A DNA stretch of 49,168 bases, taken from the sequence record NC_049946.1; one strand, written 5' to 3'. Of this stretch, positions 1 through 10,451 are shown piece after piece. The stretch's first letter is position 1. The number at the start of each line of letters is the position of its first letter. Made by a program: the position numbers and the translations under genes. The notes beneath the pieces are model-generated. The model worked only from the letters and a program-made list of their open reading frames with translations. It did not search any database and had not been told where the DNA came from. This stretch comes from Escherichia phage 4A7.

Positions 1-451
1 TAGTAAGGGCATTGAATCTGTATTTGATACTGCCATGGCAATTCAGTGGTATGCGCAGAGGGAAACTGATATCGAAAACGAAAAGCTCCGCAAAGAACTG
101 GACGATTTGCGTGCGGCAGCGGAGTCAGATTTACAACCCGGCACCATTGACTATGAACGCTACCGGCTCACAAAAGCGCAGGCAGATGCGCAGGAACTGA
201 AAAATGCCCGTGAAGACGGAGTAGTGCTGGAAACTGAACTGTTTACCTTCATTCTGCAACGTGTGGCACAGGAGATTTCGGGGATACTTGTGCGTGTGCC
301 GTTGACATTACAGCGTAAATATCCGGACATTTCACCATCACACCTTGATGTGGTGAAAACTGAAATCGCGAAAGCCTCCAATGTTGCAGCTAAGGCCGGT
401 GAAAACGTGGGCGGGTGGATCGATGATTTCAGACGCGCAGAAGGCAGCTAA
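1..451 (+). CDS. nu1: terminase small subunit Nu1, C-terminal part; the gene starts at 49071 and wraps across the window junction in frame
   Basis: Translation (frame starting at position 2) matches lambda Nu1 as recalled (AIQWYAQRE...DIENEKLR...[27 protein letters not shown]); there is no stop between position 2 and the listed ORF. Confidence 0.85.
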
Positions 452-2351
452 TGCAGCCGGTGCGATAGCTACAGGGCTTTTATCTCTCATTATTCCTGTT
501 CCACTGACGACAGTTCAGTGGGCCAATAAACATTATTACCTTCCTAAAGAGTCGTCTTATACCCCGGGGCGGTGGGAAACACTGCCGTTTCAGGTTGGCA
601 TCATGAACTGTATGGGCAACGATCTGATTCGCACGGTTAACCTGATTAAATCTGCCCGTGTTGGTTATACAAAGATGTTGCTGGGAGTGGAGGCTTATTT
701 TATTGAGCATAAATCACGCAACAGCCTTCTTTTTCAGCCCACGGACTCAGCTGCTGAAGATTTTATGAAATCTCATGTTGAGCCAACGATAAGGGATGTT
801 CCTGCATTGCTGGAGCTGGCTCCATGGTTCGGAAGAAAACACCGCGATAATACGCTCACCCTGAAGCGTTTTTCCTCCGGTGTGGGGTTCTGGTGTCTGG
901 GTGGTGCGGCAGCAAAAAACTACCGTGAAAAATCCGTGGATGTGGTCTGTTATGACGAGCTTTCCTCGTTCGAACCGGATGTTGAAAAAGAGGGTTCGCC
1001 AACCCTGCTGGGGGATAAACGTATTGAGGGCTCTGTATGGCCAAAATCCATTCGCGGCTCGACGCCTAAAATCAAAGGCTCCTGCCAGATCGAAAAAGCC
1101 GCTAACGAGTCGGCACACTTCATGCGTTTTTATGTGCCCTGTCCGCACTGTGGGGAGGAGCAGTATCTGAAATTTGGCGATGATGCCTCGCCTTTCGGTC
1201 TTAAGTGGGAGAAGAATAAGCCAGAAAGTGTTTTCTACCTTTGTGAGCATCATGGCTGTGTGATCCATCAGTCTGAGCTTGACCAGAGTAACGGGCGGTG
1301 GATCTGTGAAAACACGGGCATGTGGACCCGTGACGGCCTGATGTTTTTCAGCGCCCGGGGTGATGAAATTCCGCCGCCGCGCTCCATCACTTTCCATATC
1401 TGGACGGCGTACAGTCCGTTCACCACCTGGGTACAGATTGTCTATGACTGGCTGGATGCACTGAAAGATCCCAACGGCCTGAAAACCTTTGTGAACACCA
1501 CGCTGGGCGAGACCTGGGAAGAGGCTGTGGGCGAAAAACTCGATCACCAGGTGCTGATGGATAAGGTTGTGCGTTACACGGCGGCGGTGCCTGCCCGGGT
1601 GGTTTATCTGACGGCGGGCATTGACTCGCAGCGAAACCGTTTTGAGATGTATGTCTGGGGATGGGCTCCGGGAGAGGAAGCCTTTCTGGTGGATAAAATC
1701 ATCATTATGGGGCGTCCCGATGAGGAAGAGACGCTGTTACGTGTGGATGCGGCGATCAACAAAAAATACCGCCATGCAGACGGAACCGAAATGACTATTT
1801 CCCGTGTCTGCTGGGACATCGGGGGGATCGATGGCGAAATCGTTTATCAGAGGTCAAAAAAACACGGTGTTTTCCGGGTGCTGCCGGTAAAAGGCGCATC
1901 TGTCTATGGCAAGCCGGTGATCACCATGCCAAAAACCCGCAATCAGCGGGGCGTGTATCTGTGTGAAGTGGGGACGGACACCGCAAAAGAAATTCTCTAT
2001 GCCCGTATGAAAGCCGATCCCACGCCTGTGGATGAAGCCACGTCGTATGCCATCCGTTTTCCTGATGATCCGGATATTTTTTCGCAGACAGAGGCGCAGC
2101 AACTGGTCGCGGAAGAGCTTGTGGAGAAGTGGGAAAAAGGAAAGATGCGTCTGCTGTGGGATAACAAAAAGCGGCGTAACGAAGCGCTGGACTGCCTGGT
2201 GTATGCCTACGCGGCATTACGTGTGTCCGTGCAACGCTGGCAGCTTGATCTGGCTGTACTGGCAAAATCCCGGGAAGAAGAGACGACCCGGCCAACCCTT
2301 AAAGAACTGGCAGCGAAGCTGTCCGGAGGAGTGAATGGTTACAGTCGCTGA
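423..2351 (+). CDS. A: terminase large subunit gpA
   Basis: Near-colinear with lambda gpA as recalled ([60 protein letters not shown]). ATG at 423 overlaps the nu1 end as in lambda; an alternative start is at 381. Confidence 0.9.
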
Positions 2352-2541
2352 ACTGCAGGCGCTGCGTCAGGCGCGCCTTGATTTATTAACCGGTAAACGG
2401 GTGGTGTCTGTCCAGAAAGATGGTCGCAGAATTGAATATACGGCGGCTTCTCTGGATGAGCTTAACCGGGCGATCAATGATGCGGAGTCGGTACTGGGGA
2501 CAACCCGGTGTCGCCGTCGTCCGCTGGGAGTGAGGTTATGA
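2335..2541 (+). CDS. W: head-tail joining / DNA stabilisation protein gpW
   Basis: 68 aa, matches lambda gpW as recalled (LTGKRVVSVQKDGRRIEYTAAS); the position after A is conserved. Confidence 0.85.
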   Translation: MVTVAELQALRQARLDLLTGKRVVSVQKDGRRIEYTAASLDELNRAINDAESVLGTTRCRRRPLGVRL

Positions 2542-4130
2542 AACGAACGCCTGTCCTGATTGATGTGAACGGCGTTCCGCTTCGTGAGAGTCTCAGCTAC
2601 AACGGGGGCGGTGCAGGATTTGGCGGGCAAATGGCTGAGTGGTTGCCACCGGCGCAGAGTGCCGATGCGGCCCTGCTGCCCGCGTTGCGTCTGGGGAATG
2701 CCCGGGCAGATGATCTGGTGCGCAATAACGGAATAGCGGCTAATGCGGTGGCTCTGCATAAGGATCACATTGTCGGGCATATGTTTCTGATCAGCTACCG
2801 TCCGAACTGGCGCTGGCTGGGGATGCGGGAGACCGCAGCAAAAAGCTTTGTCGATGAGGTGGAGGCGGCCTGGTCGGAATACGCCGAAGGGATGTTTGGC
2901 GAGATCGACGTGGAAGGAAAACGCACGTTCACGGAATTTATCCGTGAAGGTGTGGGCGTTCATGCGTTTAACGGCGAAATCTTTGTGCAGCCGGTCTGGG
3001 ATACGGAAACCACGCAGTTATTCCGTACGCGTTTTAAAGCCGTGAGTCCGAAACGGGTGGACACGCCTGGACACGGTATGGGGAACCCTTTTCTGCGGGC
3101 CGGTGTGGAGGTCGATCGATATGGCCGTGCCGTCGCGTACCATATCTGTGAGGATGATTTTCCGTTCTCTGGTAGTGGACGATGGGAACGGATCCCGCGT
3201 GAACTTCCCACCGGGCGTCCGGCCATGTTGCATATTTTCGAGCCGGTGGAGGACGGGCAGACCCGTGGGGCTAATCAGTTTTACAGCGTCATGGAACGGC
3301 TGAAGATGCTCGATTCCCTGCAGGCAACACAGCTTCAGTCGGCCATAGTGAAGGCGATGTATGCAGCGACGATTGAAAGTGAACTTGATACCGAAAAGGC
3401 CTTTGAATATATCGCCGGCGCGCCACAGGAGCAGAAGGATAATCCGCTTATTAATATTCTGGAGAAGTTTTCCAGCTGGTATGACACGAATAACGTGACA
3501 CTGGGCGGTGTCAAAATTCCGCACCTTTTCCCTGGTGATGATCTGAAACTACAGACTGCGCAGGATTCAGACAATGGATTTTCTGCGCTTGAACAGGCGC
3601 TGCTGCGGTATATCGCCGCCGGTCTTGGCGTTTCCTACGAACAGTTGTCCCGTGATTACTCGAAGGTCAGTTACTCAAGTGCCCGCGCCTCCGCCAATGA
3701 GTCGTGGCGCTATTTTATGGGGCGGCGAAAATTTATTGCGGCCCGGCTGGCCACGCAGATGTTTTCCTGCTGGCTGGAAGAGGCACTTCTTCGGGGGATT
3801 ATTCGTCCGCCACGGGCACGTTTTGATTTTTATCAGGCGCGATCAGCCTGGTCACGGGCAGAGTGGATTGGTGCCGGAAGAATGGCCATTGACGGGCTCA
3901 AGGAAGTCCAGGAATCAGTGATGCGCATTGAGGCCGGACTGAGCACGTATGAGAAAGAGCTGGCGCTGATGGGCGAGGATTATCAGGACATTTTCCGCCA
4001 GCAGGTCAGGGAATCTGCTGAGCGGCAAAAAGCCGGACTCTCACGTCCGGTGTGGATAGCGCAGGCGTATCAGCAGCAGATAGCGGAGAGTCGTAGGCCG
4101 GAAGAGGAGACAACACCACGTGAGACGTAA
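2538..4130 (+). CDS. B: portal protein gpB
   Basis: Matches lambda gpB as recalled (ARADDLVRNNG, HAFNGEIFVQPVWDTE, FEPVEDGQTRGANQFYSVME, LLRYIAAGLGVSYEQLSR). ATG at 2538 overlaps the W stop (ATGA) and follows a GAGG RBS. Confidence 0.9.
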   Translation: MKRTPVLIDVNGVPLRESLSYNGGGAGFGGQMAEWLPPAQSADAALLPALRLGNARADDLVRNNGIAANAVALHKDHIVGHMFLISYRPNWRWLGMRETAAKSFVDEVEAAWSEYAEGMFGEIDVEGKRTFTEFIREGVGVHAFNGEIFVQPVWDTETTQLFRTRFKAVSPKRVDTPGHGMGNPFLRAGVEVDRYGRAVAYHICEDDFPFSGSGRWERIPRELPTGRPAMLHIFEPVEDGQTRGANQFYSVMERLKMLDSLQATQLQSAIVKAMYAATIESELDTEKAFEYIAGAPQEQKDNPLINILEKFSSWYDTNNVTLGGVKIPHLFPGDDLKLQTAQDSDNGFSALEQALLRYIAAGLGVSYEQLSRDYSKVSYSSARASANESWRYFMGRRKFIAARLATQMFSCWLEEALLRGIIRPPRARFDFYQARSAWSRAEWIGAGRMAIDGLKEVQESVMRIEAGLSTYEKELALMGEDYQDIFRQQVRESAERQKAGLSRPVWIAQAYQQQIAESRRPEEETTPRET

Positions 4131-5625
4131 TCTTTCACACATTATTGCCGCAGCATTCAATGAACCGCTGCTTCTGGAGCCCGCCTATGCGCGGGTTTTC
4201 TTTTGCGCGCTCGGGCGCGAGATGGGGGCAGCAAGTCTTTCGGTACCACAACAGCAGGTACAGTTTGATGCTCTCGGAATGCTGGCTGAAACGGACGAGT
4301 ACATGGCCGGAGGTAAACGACCGGCCCGTGTTTACAGGGTGGTGAACGGTATTGCTGTACTGCCGGTGACCGGCACGCTGGTGCACCGGCTGGGTGGTAT
4401 GCGGCCATTTTCCGGAATGACAGGCTATGACGGTATTGTCGCCTGTCTTCAGCAGGCAATGGCGGATAGCCAGGTGCGGGGCGTACTGCTGGACATTGAC
4501 AGTCCGGGCGGGCAGGCCGCCGGCGCGTTTGACTGCGCTGACATGATTTACCGCCTCCGTCAGCAGAAGCCGGTCTGGGCACTGTGCAATGACACGGCCT
4601 GTTCTGCAGCCATGCTGCTGGCGTCGGCCTGCTCCCGACGGCTGGTTACCCAGACATCCCGTATCGGTTCCATTGGCGTGATGATGAGCCATGTCAGCTA
4701 TGCCGGTCATCTGGCGCAGGCCGGTGTGGATATCACGCTGATTTACTCAGGGGCGCACAAGGTGGATGGCAATCAGTTTGAAGCGTTGCCGGCAGAGGTT
4801 CGCCAGGACATGCAGCAGCGGATTGATGCGGCGCGCCGGATGTTTGCCGAAAAAGTGGCGATGTTTACCGGTCTGTCTGTTGATGCAGTCACAGGAACAG
4901 AGGCCGCTGTTTTTGAAGGTCAGTCCGGCATTGAGGCCGGGCTGGCGGATGAATTAATCAATGCGTCGGATGCCATCAGTGTGATGGCCACGGCGCTGAA
5001 CAGTAATGTCAGAGGAGGCACTATGCCGCAATTAACTGCAACGGAAGCCGCCGCGCAGGAGAACCAGCGAGTGATGGGGATCCTGACATGCCAGGAAGCG
5101 AAAGGACGTGAACAGCTTGCCACGATGCTGGCAGGACAACAGGGCATGAGCGTTGAACAGGCCCGGGCGATTCTGGCCGCGGCGGCACCGCAGCAGCCGG
5201 TGGCATCCACGCAGAGTGAAGCCGATCGCATTATGGCGTGTGAAGAAGCGAACGGTCGTGAACAACTGGCGGCAACGCTGGCGGCGATGCCGGAGATGAC
5301 GGTGGAAAAAGCCCGCCCGATCCTGGCTGCTTCACCGCAGGCGGATGCCGGACCATCACTCCGTGATCAGATCATGGCACTGGATGAGGCAAAAGGGGCT
5401 GAGGTGCAGGCTGAACAGCTGGCTGCCTGCCCGGGAATGACTGTGGAGTGCGCCCGGGCTGTGCTGGCTGCGGGATCAGGTAAGGCAGAACCGGTCTCTG
5501 CATCCACAACCGCCATGTTTGAACATTTCATGGCGAACCATTCACCGGCAGCGGTACAGGGTGGCGTGCCACAGACGTCAGCAGACGGTGATGCGGACGT
5601 GAAAATGCTCATGGCCATGCCATGA
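4120..5625 (+). CDS. C: prohead protease / scaffold gpC (S49 ClpP-like) with an expanded C-terminal scaffold-like repeat region; a nested Nu3-like in-frame product is likely
   Basis: N-terminal two-thirds resemble lambda gpC as recalled (AFNEPLLLEPAYARVFFCAL, SPGGQAAGAFDCADMI, TSRIGSIGVMMSH). GTG start at 4120 follows a GAGGAGA RBS. The C-terminus carries three tandem ~35-aa repeats. Confidence 0.85.
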   Translation: MRRNLSHIIAAAFNEPLLLEPAYARVFFCALGREMGAASLSVPQQQVQFDALGMLAETDEYMAGGKRPARVYRVVNGIAVLPVTGTLVHRLGGMRPFSGMTGYDGIVACLQQAMADSQVRGVLLDIDSPGGQAAGAFDCADMIYRLRQQKPVWALCNDTACSAAMLLASACSRRLVTQTSRIGSIGVMMSHVSYAGHLAQAGVDITLIYSGAHKVDGNQFEALPAEVRQDMQQRIDAARRMFAEKVAMFTGLSVDAVTGTEAAVFEGQSGIEAGLADELINASDAISVMATALNSNVRGGTMPQLTATEAAAQENQRVMGILTCQEAKGREQLATMLAGQQGMSVEQARAILAAAAPQQPVASTQSEADRIMACEEANGREQLAATLAAMPEMTVEKARPILAASPQADAGPSLRDQIMALDEAKGAEVQAEQLAACPGMTVECARAVLAAGSGKAEPVSASTTAMFEHFMANHSPAAVQGGVPQTSADGDADVKMLMAMP

Positions 5626-5661
5626 AGCCAGTGCTGACCATCAATAGGAGGTTTTAACAAT

Positions 5662-6009
5662 ATGGTGACGAAAACCATCACTGAACAGCGTGCGGAAGTA
5701 CGTATTTTTGCCGGTAATGATCCGGCTCATACCGCCACAGGCAGCAGCGGGATTTCTTCTGCAACACCGGCTCTGACGCCCCTGATGCTGGATGAAGCCA
5801 CCGGGAAACTGGTGGTCTGGGACGGACAGAAAGCCGGTAGTGCGGTTGGCATACTGGTACTGCCGCTTGAAGGCACAGAGACGGCGCTGACGTATTACAA
5901 GTCGGGAACCTTTGCGACGGAGGCAATCCACTGGCCTGAAAGTGTGGATGAACACAAAAAGGCCAACGCCTTTGCTGGCAGTGCCCTGAGTCACGCGGCG
6001 CTGCCGTAA
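5662..6009 (+). CDS. D: head decoration protein gpD
   Basis: 115 aa, matches lambda gpD as recalled (DPAHTATG, TPLMLD, VWDGQ, AVGILV, YYKSGTF, AFAG). AGGAGG-like RBS upstream. Confidence 0.85.
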   Translation: MVTKTITEQRAEVRIFAGNDPAHTATGSSGISSATPALTPLMLDEATGKLVVWDGQKAGSAVGILVLPLEGTETALTYYKSGTFATEAIHWPESVDEHKKANAFAGSALSHAALP

Positions 6010-6066
6010 CACGTTATCAGGCCACCGCGCTGGCCTGACTGATTTCTGAATGAAAGGAACTGATTT

Positions 6067-7095
6067 ATGGGATTGTTTACGACCCGCCAGTTACTCGGTT
6101 ATACCGAACAAAAAGTTAAATTTCGTGCGCTGTTTCTGGAACTGTTTTTCCGCCGTACGGTGAATTTCCATACCGAAGAGGTGATGCTGGACAAAATTAC
6201 CGGAAAAACGCCGGTGGCGGCCTATGTCTCCCCGGTTGTTGAAGGAAAAGTGCTGCGTCATCGTGGTGGTGAAACCCGCGTGTTGCGTCCGGGCTACGTC
6301 AAGCCGAAACACGAATTTAATTACCAGCAGGCGGTTGAGCGCCTTCCTGGGGAAGATCCATCTCAACTGAATGATCCGGCTTACCGCCGTCTGCGTATCA
6401 TTACCGATAACCTCAAACAGGAAGAGCACGCGATTGTCCAGGTGGAAGAAATGCAGGCGGTAAATGCTGTGTTGTATGGCAAATACACCATGGAAGGAGA
6501 CCAGTTCGAGAAAATTGAGGTCGATTTTGGCAGGTCGACGAAGAATAACATCACTCAGGGTAGTGGTAAGGAGTGGTCAAAACAGGATCGTGACACGTTC
6601 GATCCTACACATGATATTGACCTCTACTGCGACCAGGCCAGCGGTCTTGTGAATATTGCCATTATGGACGGTACCGTCTGGCGTCTTCTGAATGGTTTTA
6701 AGCTGTTCCGCGAAAAACTGGATACCCGTCGCGGTTCAAATTCTCAACTCGAAACGGCAGTGAAAGATCTGGGCGCAGTGGTGTCCTTCAAGGGGTATTA
6801 CGGCGATCTGGCCATTGTGGTGGCGAAAATGTCTTATATAGCAGAAGACGGTATCGAAAAACGTTATCTTCCAGATGGCATGCTGGTTCTGGGGAATACT
6901 GCTGCAGATGGGATCCGTTGTTACGGTGCCATTCAGGATGCTCAGGCGTTGTCCGAAGGTGTGGTGGCCTCTTCCCGTTATCCGAAACACTGGCTGACGG
7001 TAGGGGATCCCGCCCGTGAATTTACCATGACGCAGTCCGCGCCGCTGATGGTGTTGCCGGACCCGGATGAGTTTGTGGTGGTACAGGTGAAATAA
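6067..7095 (+). CDS. E: major capsid protein gpE
   Basis: 342 aa, colinear with lambda gpE as recalled (TPGYVKPKHE, DPAYRRLRII, VEEMQAVNAVLYGKYTMEGD, KLDTRRGSNSQLETAVKDLG, TVGDPAREFTMTQSAPLM). Confidence 0.9.
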   Translation: MGLFTTRQLLGYTEQKVKFRALFLELFFRRTVNFHTEEVMLDKITGKTPVAAYVSPVVEGKVLRHRGGETRVLRPGYVKPKHEFNYQQAVERLPGEDPSQLNDPAYRRLRIITDNLKQEEHAIVQVEEMQAVNAVLYGKYTMEGDQFEKIEVDFGRSTKNNITQGSGKEWSKQDRDTFDPTHDIDLYCDQASGLVNIAIMDGTVWRLLNGFKLFREKLDTRRGSNSQLETAVKDLGAVVSFKGYYGDLAIVVAKMSYIAEDGIEKRYLPDGMLVLGNTAADGIRCYGAIQDAQALSEGVVASSRYPKHWLTVGDPAREFTMTQSAPLMVLPDPDEFVVVQVK

Positions 7096-7103
7096 TCCGT
7101 GAG

Positions 7104-7132
7104 CGGGGGCGAAATGCCCCCGTGTCTTTTTT
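7104..7132 (+). terminator. putative intrinsic terminator/attenuator after the major capsid gene
   Basis: 7-bp GC stem CGGGGGC/GCCCCCG with loop GAAAT, followed by TGTCTTTTTTCAC, 9 nt after the E stop codon. Confidence 0.4.
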
Positions 7133-7146
7133 CACAGGGGGCTGAT

Positions 7147-7521
7147 ATGGCAACGAAAGAGCAAAATCTGAAACGGCTTGATGAACTGGCCCTGATTCTG
7201 GGGCGTGAGCCGGATATATCCGGGAGTGCCGCAGAGATAGCGCAGCGGGTGGCAGAATGGGAAGAGGAAATGCAGTCATCCGGCGATGATGTACAGGTTA
7301 TGAATATGGATATCCGGGAGCGGGAAACCGCGGCTCATGATGTTCGTGAGGAAACATCCGGCGCGTTAACGCGCATCAGAGTTCTGACCTGCCTCCATCT
7401 CTGTGGCGTTGATGGTGAAACGGGGGAATCCGTTGAGCTTGCGGATGTTGGTCGGGTGATTCTGATTATGTCCTCAGATGCAAAAACACACGTTGATGGT
7501 GGAATGGCTGTTTATGCGTGA
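7147..7521 (+). CDS. FI: DNA packaging protein FI-like
   Basis: Position between E and FII; acidic protein with weak resemblance to lambda FI. ATG at 7147 is internal to the listed ORF 7099-7521. Confidence 0.65.
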   Translation: MATKEQNLKRLDELALILGREPDISGSAAEIAQRVAEWEEEMQSSGDDVQVMNMDIRERETAAHDVREETSGALTRIRVLTCLHLCGVDGETGESVELADVGRVILIMSSDAKTHVDGGMAVYA

Positions 7522-7867
7522 TTTTCAGAATGCCTTTGATGCCGCCCTTGCCGGGGTGGACAGTACGATTGTTGAAGTGATGGGCATCAGTGCGCAGTTC
7601 ACCTCCGGTGCACAGCGTGGCGGCGAGGTTCATGGCGTTTTTGACGATCCGGAGTCGCTGGGTTTTGCCAGTAGTGGGATCCGTATTGAAGGAAGTAACC
7701 CGTCATTATTTGTGCTTACGGATACGGTTTGTGCTGTACGGCGTGGTGACACGCTGACCATTAACGGCGAGATGTTCTGGGTGGACCGTGTTTCTCCGGA
7801 TGACGGAGGGAGTTGTTATCTCTGGCTCAACCGGGGGCAACCACCTGCCGCCAGCCGTCGTCGCTGA
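7514..7867 (+). CDS. FII: head completion protein gpFII
   Basis: Matches lambda FII as recalled (FDAALAGVDSTIVEVMG, GVFDDPE, GSNPSLFV, RRGDTLTI, FWVDRVSPDDGGSCYLWL). ATG at 7514 overlaps the FI end. Confidence 0.85.
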   Translation: MRDFQNAFDAALAGVDSTIVEVMGISAQFTSGAQRGGEVHGVFDDPESLGFASSGIRIEGSNPSLFVLTDTVCAVRRGDTLTINGEMFWVDRVSPDDGGSCYLWLNRGQPPAASRRR

Positions 7868-7878
7868 AAGGGGGATGT

Positions 7879-8457
7879 ATGGCCATACAGGGTCTTGAGC
7901 AGGCCGTTGAAAACCTCAGCCGTATCAGCAAAACGGCGGTGCCCGGTGCCTCCGCAATGGCCATTAACCGCGTTGCTTCATCCGCGATATCGCAGTCTGC
8001 GTCACAGGTTGCCCGTGAGACAAAGGTACGCCGGAAACTGGTAAAGGAAAGGGCCAGGCTGAAAAGGGCCACGGTCAAAAATCCGCAGGCCAGAATCAAG
8101 GTTAACCGGGGGGATTTGCCCGTAATCAGGCTGGGTAACGCGCGGGTTGTCCTGTCCCGACGCAGGCGTCGTAAAAAGGGGCAGCGTTCATCCCTGAAAG
8201 GTGGCGACAGCGTGCTTGTGGTGGGAAACCGTCGTATTCCCGGCGCGTTTATTCAGCAACTGAAAAATGGCCGGTGGCATGTCATGCAGCGTGTGGCCGG
8301 GAAAAAACGTTACCCCATTGATGTGGTGAAAATCCCGATGGCAGTGCCGCTGACCACGGCGTTTAAACAGAATATTGAGCGGATACGGCGTGAACGTCTT
8401 CCGAAAGAGCTGGGCTATGCGCTGCAGCATCAACTGAGGATGGTAATAAAGCGATGA
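7879..8457 (+). CDS. Z: tail completion protein gpZ
   Basis: From MAIQGLEQAVENLSRISKTAVPGA onward it is essentially lambda gpZ as recalled. ATG at 7879 is internal to the listed ORF. Confidence 0.85.
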   Translation: MAIQGLEQAVENLSRISKTAVPGASAMAINRVASSAISQSASQVARETKVRRKLVKERARLKRATVKNPQARIKVNRGDLPVIRLGNARVVLSRRRRRKKGQRSSLKGGDSVLVVGNRRIPGAFIQQLKNGRWHVMQRVAGKKRYPIDVVKIPMAVPLTTAFKQNIERIRRERLPKELGYALQHQLRMVIKR

Positions 8458-8849
8458 AACATACAGAACTCCGTGCAGCCGTACTGGATGCACTGGAAAA
8501 ACATGACACCGGGGCGACGCTTTTTGATGGTCGCCCCGCTGTTTTTGATGAGGAGGATTTTCCGGCAGTTGCCGTTTATCTCACCGGCGCTGAATACACG
8601 GGCGAAGAGCTGGACAGCGATACCTGGCAGGCGGAGCTGCATATTGAAGTTTTCCTGCCTGCTCAGGTGCCGGATTCAGAGCTGGATTCGTGGATGGAGT
8701 CCCGGATTTATCCGGTGATGAGCGATGTCCCGGCACTGTCAGATTTGATCACCAGTATGGTGGCCAGTGGCTATGACTACCGGCGCGACGATGATGCGGG
8801 CCTGTGGAGTTCAGCCGATCTGACTTATGTCATTACCTATGAAATGTGA
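8454..8849 (+). CDS. U: tail terminator protein gpU
   Basis: 131 aa with the lambda gpU position and length; ATGA overlap with the Z stop. Confidence 0.85.
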   Translation: MKHTELRAAVLDALEKHDTGATLFDGRPAVFDEEDFPAVAVYLTGAEYTGEELDSDTWQAELHIEVFLPAQVPDSELDSWMESRIYPVMSDVPALSDLITSMVASGYDYRRDDDAGLWSSADLTYVITYEM

Positions 8850-8856
8850 GGACGAT

Positions 8857-9597
8857 ATGCCTGTACCAAATCCAGTAATGCCGGTGAAAGGGGCCGGGAC
8901 CACACTGTGGGTTTATAAGGGGAACGGTGACCCTTATGCGAACCCGCTTTCAGACGTTGACTGGTCGCGTCTGGCTAAAGTTAAAGACCTGACGCCCGGC
9001 GAACTGACCGCTGAGTCCTATGACGACAGCTATCTCGATGATGAAGATGCGGACTGGACTGCGACCAGGCAGGGGCAGAAATCTGCCGGAGATACCAGCT
9101 TCACGCTGGCGTGGATGCCCGGAGAGCAGGGGCAGCAGGCGCTGCTGGCGTGGTTTAATGAAGGGGATACCCGTGCCTATAAAATCCGCTTCCCGAACGG
9201 CACGGTCGATGTGTTCCGCGGCTGGGTCAGCAGTATCGGTAAGGCGGTGACGGCGAAGGAAGTGATCACCCGCACGGTGAAAGTCACCAACGTGGGACGT
9301 CCGTCGATGGCAGAAGATCGCAGCACGGTGACGGCGACAACCGGCATGACGGTGACACCCGCCAGTGCTTCCGTAGTGAAAGGGCAGAGCACTACGCTGA
9401 CCGTGGCATTCCAGCCGGAGGGCGCAACCGACAAGAGCTTCCGTGCGGTGTCTGCGGATAAAACAAAAGCCACCGTGTCGGTCAGCGGTATGACCATCAC
9501 CGTGAACGGCGTTGCTGCAGGCAAGGTCAACATTCCGGTTGTATCCGGTAATGGTGAGTTTGCTGCGGTTGCAGAAATCACCGTCACCGCCAGTTAA
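8857..9597 (+). CDS. V: major tail tube protein gpV with C-terminal Ig-like domain
   Basis: From [22 protein letters not shown] onward it is near-identical to lambda gpV as recalled. ATG at 8857 follows a GAGG RBS. Confidence 0.9.
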   Translation: MPVPNPVMPVKGAGTTLWVYKGNGDPYANPLSDVDWSRLAKVKDLTPGELTAESYDDSYLDDEDADWTATRQGQKSAGDTSFTLAWMPGEQGQQALLAWFNEGDTRAYKIRFPNGTVDVFRGWVSSIGKAVTAKEVITRTVKVTNVGRPSMAEDRSTVTATTGMTVTPASASVVKGQSTTLTVAFQPEGATDKSFRAVSADKTKATVSVSGMTITVNGVAAGKVNIPVVSGNGEFAAVAEITVTAS

Positions 9598-9612
9598 TCC
9601 GGAGAGTCAGCG

Positions 9613-10035
9613 ATGTTCCTGAAAACCGAATCATTTGAATATAACGGCGTGACCGTCACGCTTTCTGAACTGTCAGCCCTGCAGCGTATTGAGCATCTCG
9701 CCCTGATGAAACGGCAGGCAGAACAGGCGGAGTCAGACAGCAACCGGAAGTTTACTGTGGAAGACGCCATCAGAACCGGCGCGTTTCTGGTGGCGATGTC
9801 CCTGTGGCATAACCATCCGAAGAAGACGCAGATGCCGTCCATGAATGAAGCCGTTAAACAGATTGAGCAGGAAGTGCTTACCACCTGGCCCACAGAGGCA
9901 ATTTCTCATGCTGAAAACGTGGTGTACCGGCTGTCCGGTATGTATGAGTTTGTGGTGAATAATGCCCCCGAACAGGCAGAGGACGCCGGGCCTGCAGAGC
10001 CTGTTTCTGCGGGAAAGTGTTCGACGGTGAGCTGA
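9613..10035 (+). CDS. G: tail assembly chaperone gpG
   Basis: 140 aa in the lambda G position; ends shortly after the slippery heptamer. Confidence 0.85.
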   Translation: MFLKTESFEYNGVTVTLSELSALQRIEHLALMKRQAEQAESDSNRKFTVEDAIRTGAFLVAMSLWHNHPKKTQMPSMNEAVKQIEQEVLTTWPTEAISHAENVVYRLSGMYEFVVNNAPEQAEDAGPAEPVSAGKCSTVS

Positions 10036-10451
10036 GTTTTGCCCTGAAACTGGCGCGTGAGATGGGGCGACCCGACTGGCGCGCCATGCTTGCCGGGATG
10101 TCATCCACGGAGTATGCCGACTGGCACCGCTTTTACAGTACCCATTATTTTCATGATGTTCTGCTGGATATGCACTTTTCCGGGCTGACGTACACCGTGC
10201 TCAGCCTGTTTTTCAGCGATCCGGATATGCATCCGCTGGATTTCAGTCTGCTGAACCGGTGTGAGGCTGACGAAGAGCCTGAAGGTGATGTGCTGATGCA
10301 GAAAGCGGCAGGGCTTGCCGGAGGTGTTCGTTTTGGTCCGGACGGGAATGAAGTTATCCCCGCCTCCCCGGATGTGGCGGACATGACGGAGGATGACGTA
10401 ATGCTGATGACAGTATCAGAAGGGATCGCAGGAGGAGTCCGGTATGGCTGA
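9613..10451 (+). CDS. T: tail assembly chaperone G-T fusion, made by a programmed -1 ribosomal frameshift at 10011-10017
   Basis: The T frame (listed ORF 10017-10451) has no plausible independent start (its first codon is GTG inside the slip site) and overlaps the G 3' end, as in lambda G/GT. Confidence 0.75.
10011..10017 (+). other. -1 frameshift slippery heptamer G GGA AAG
   Basis: GGGAAAG read as G|GGA|AAG in the G frame, 6 codons before the G stop; the same heptamer as the lambda G-T slip site. Confidence 0.7.

Noticed and set aside
747-1547. 266-aa minus-strand ORF
   Set aside because: Antisense within terminase large subunit gene A, which is strongly supported; treated as a spurious shadow ORF.
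4135-4710. Minus-strand ORFs of 191 and 141 aa
   Set aside because: Antisense within the well-supported protease/scaffold gene C.
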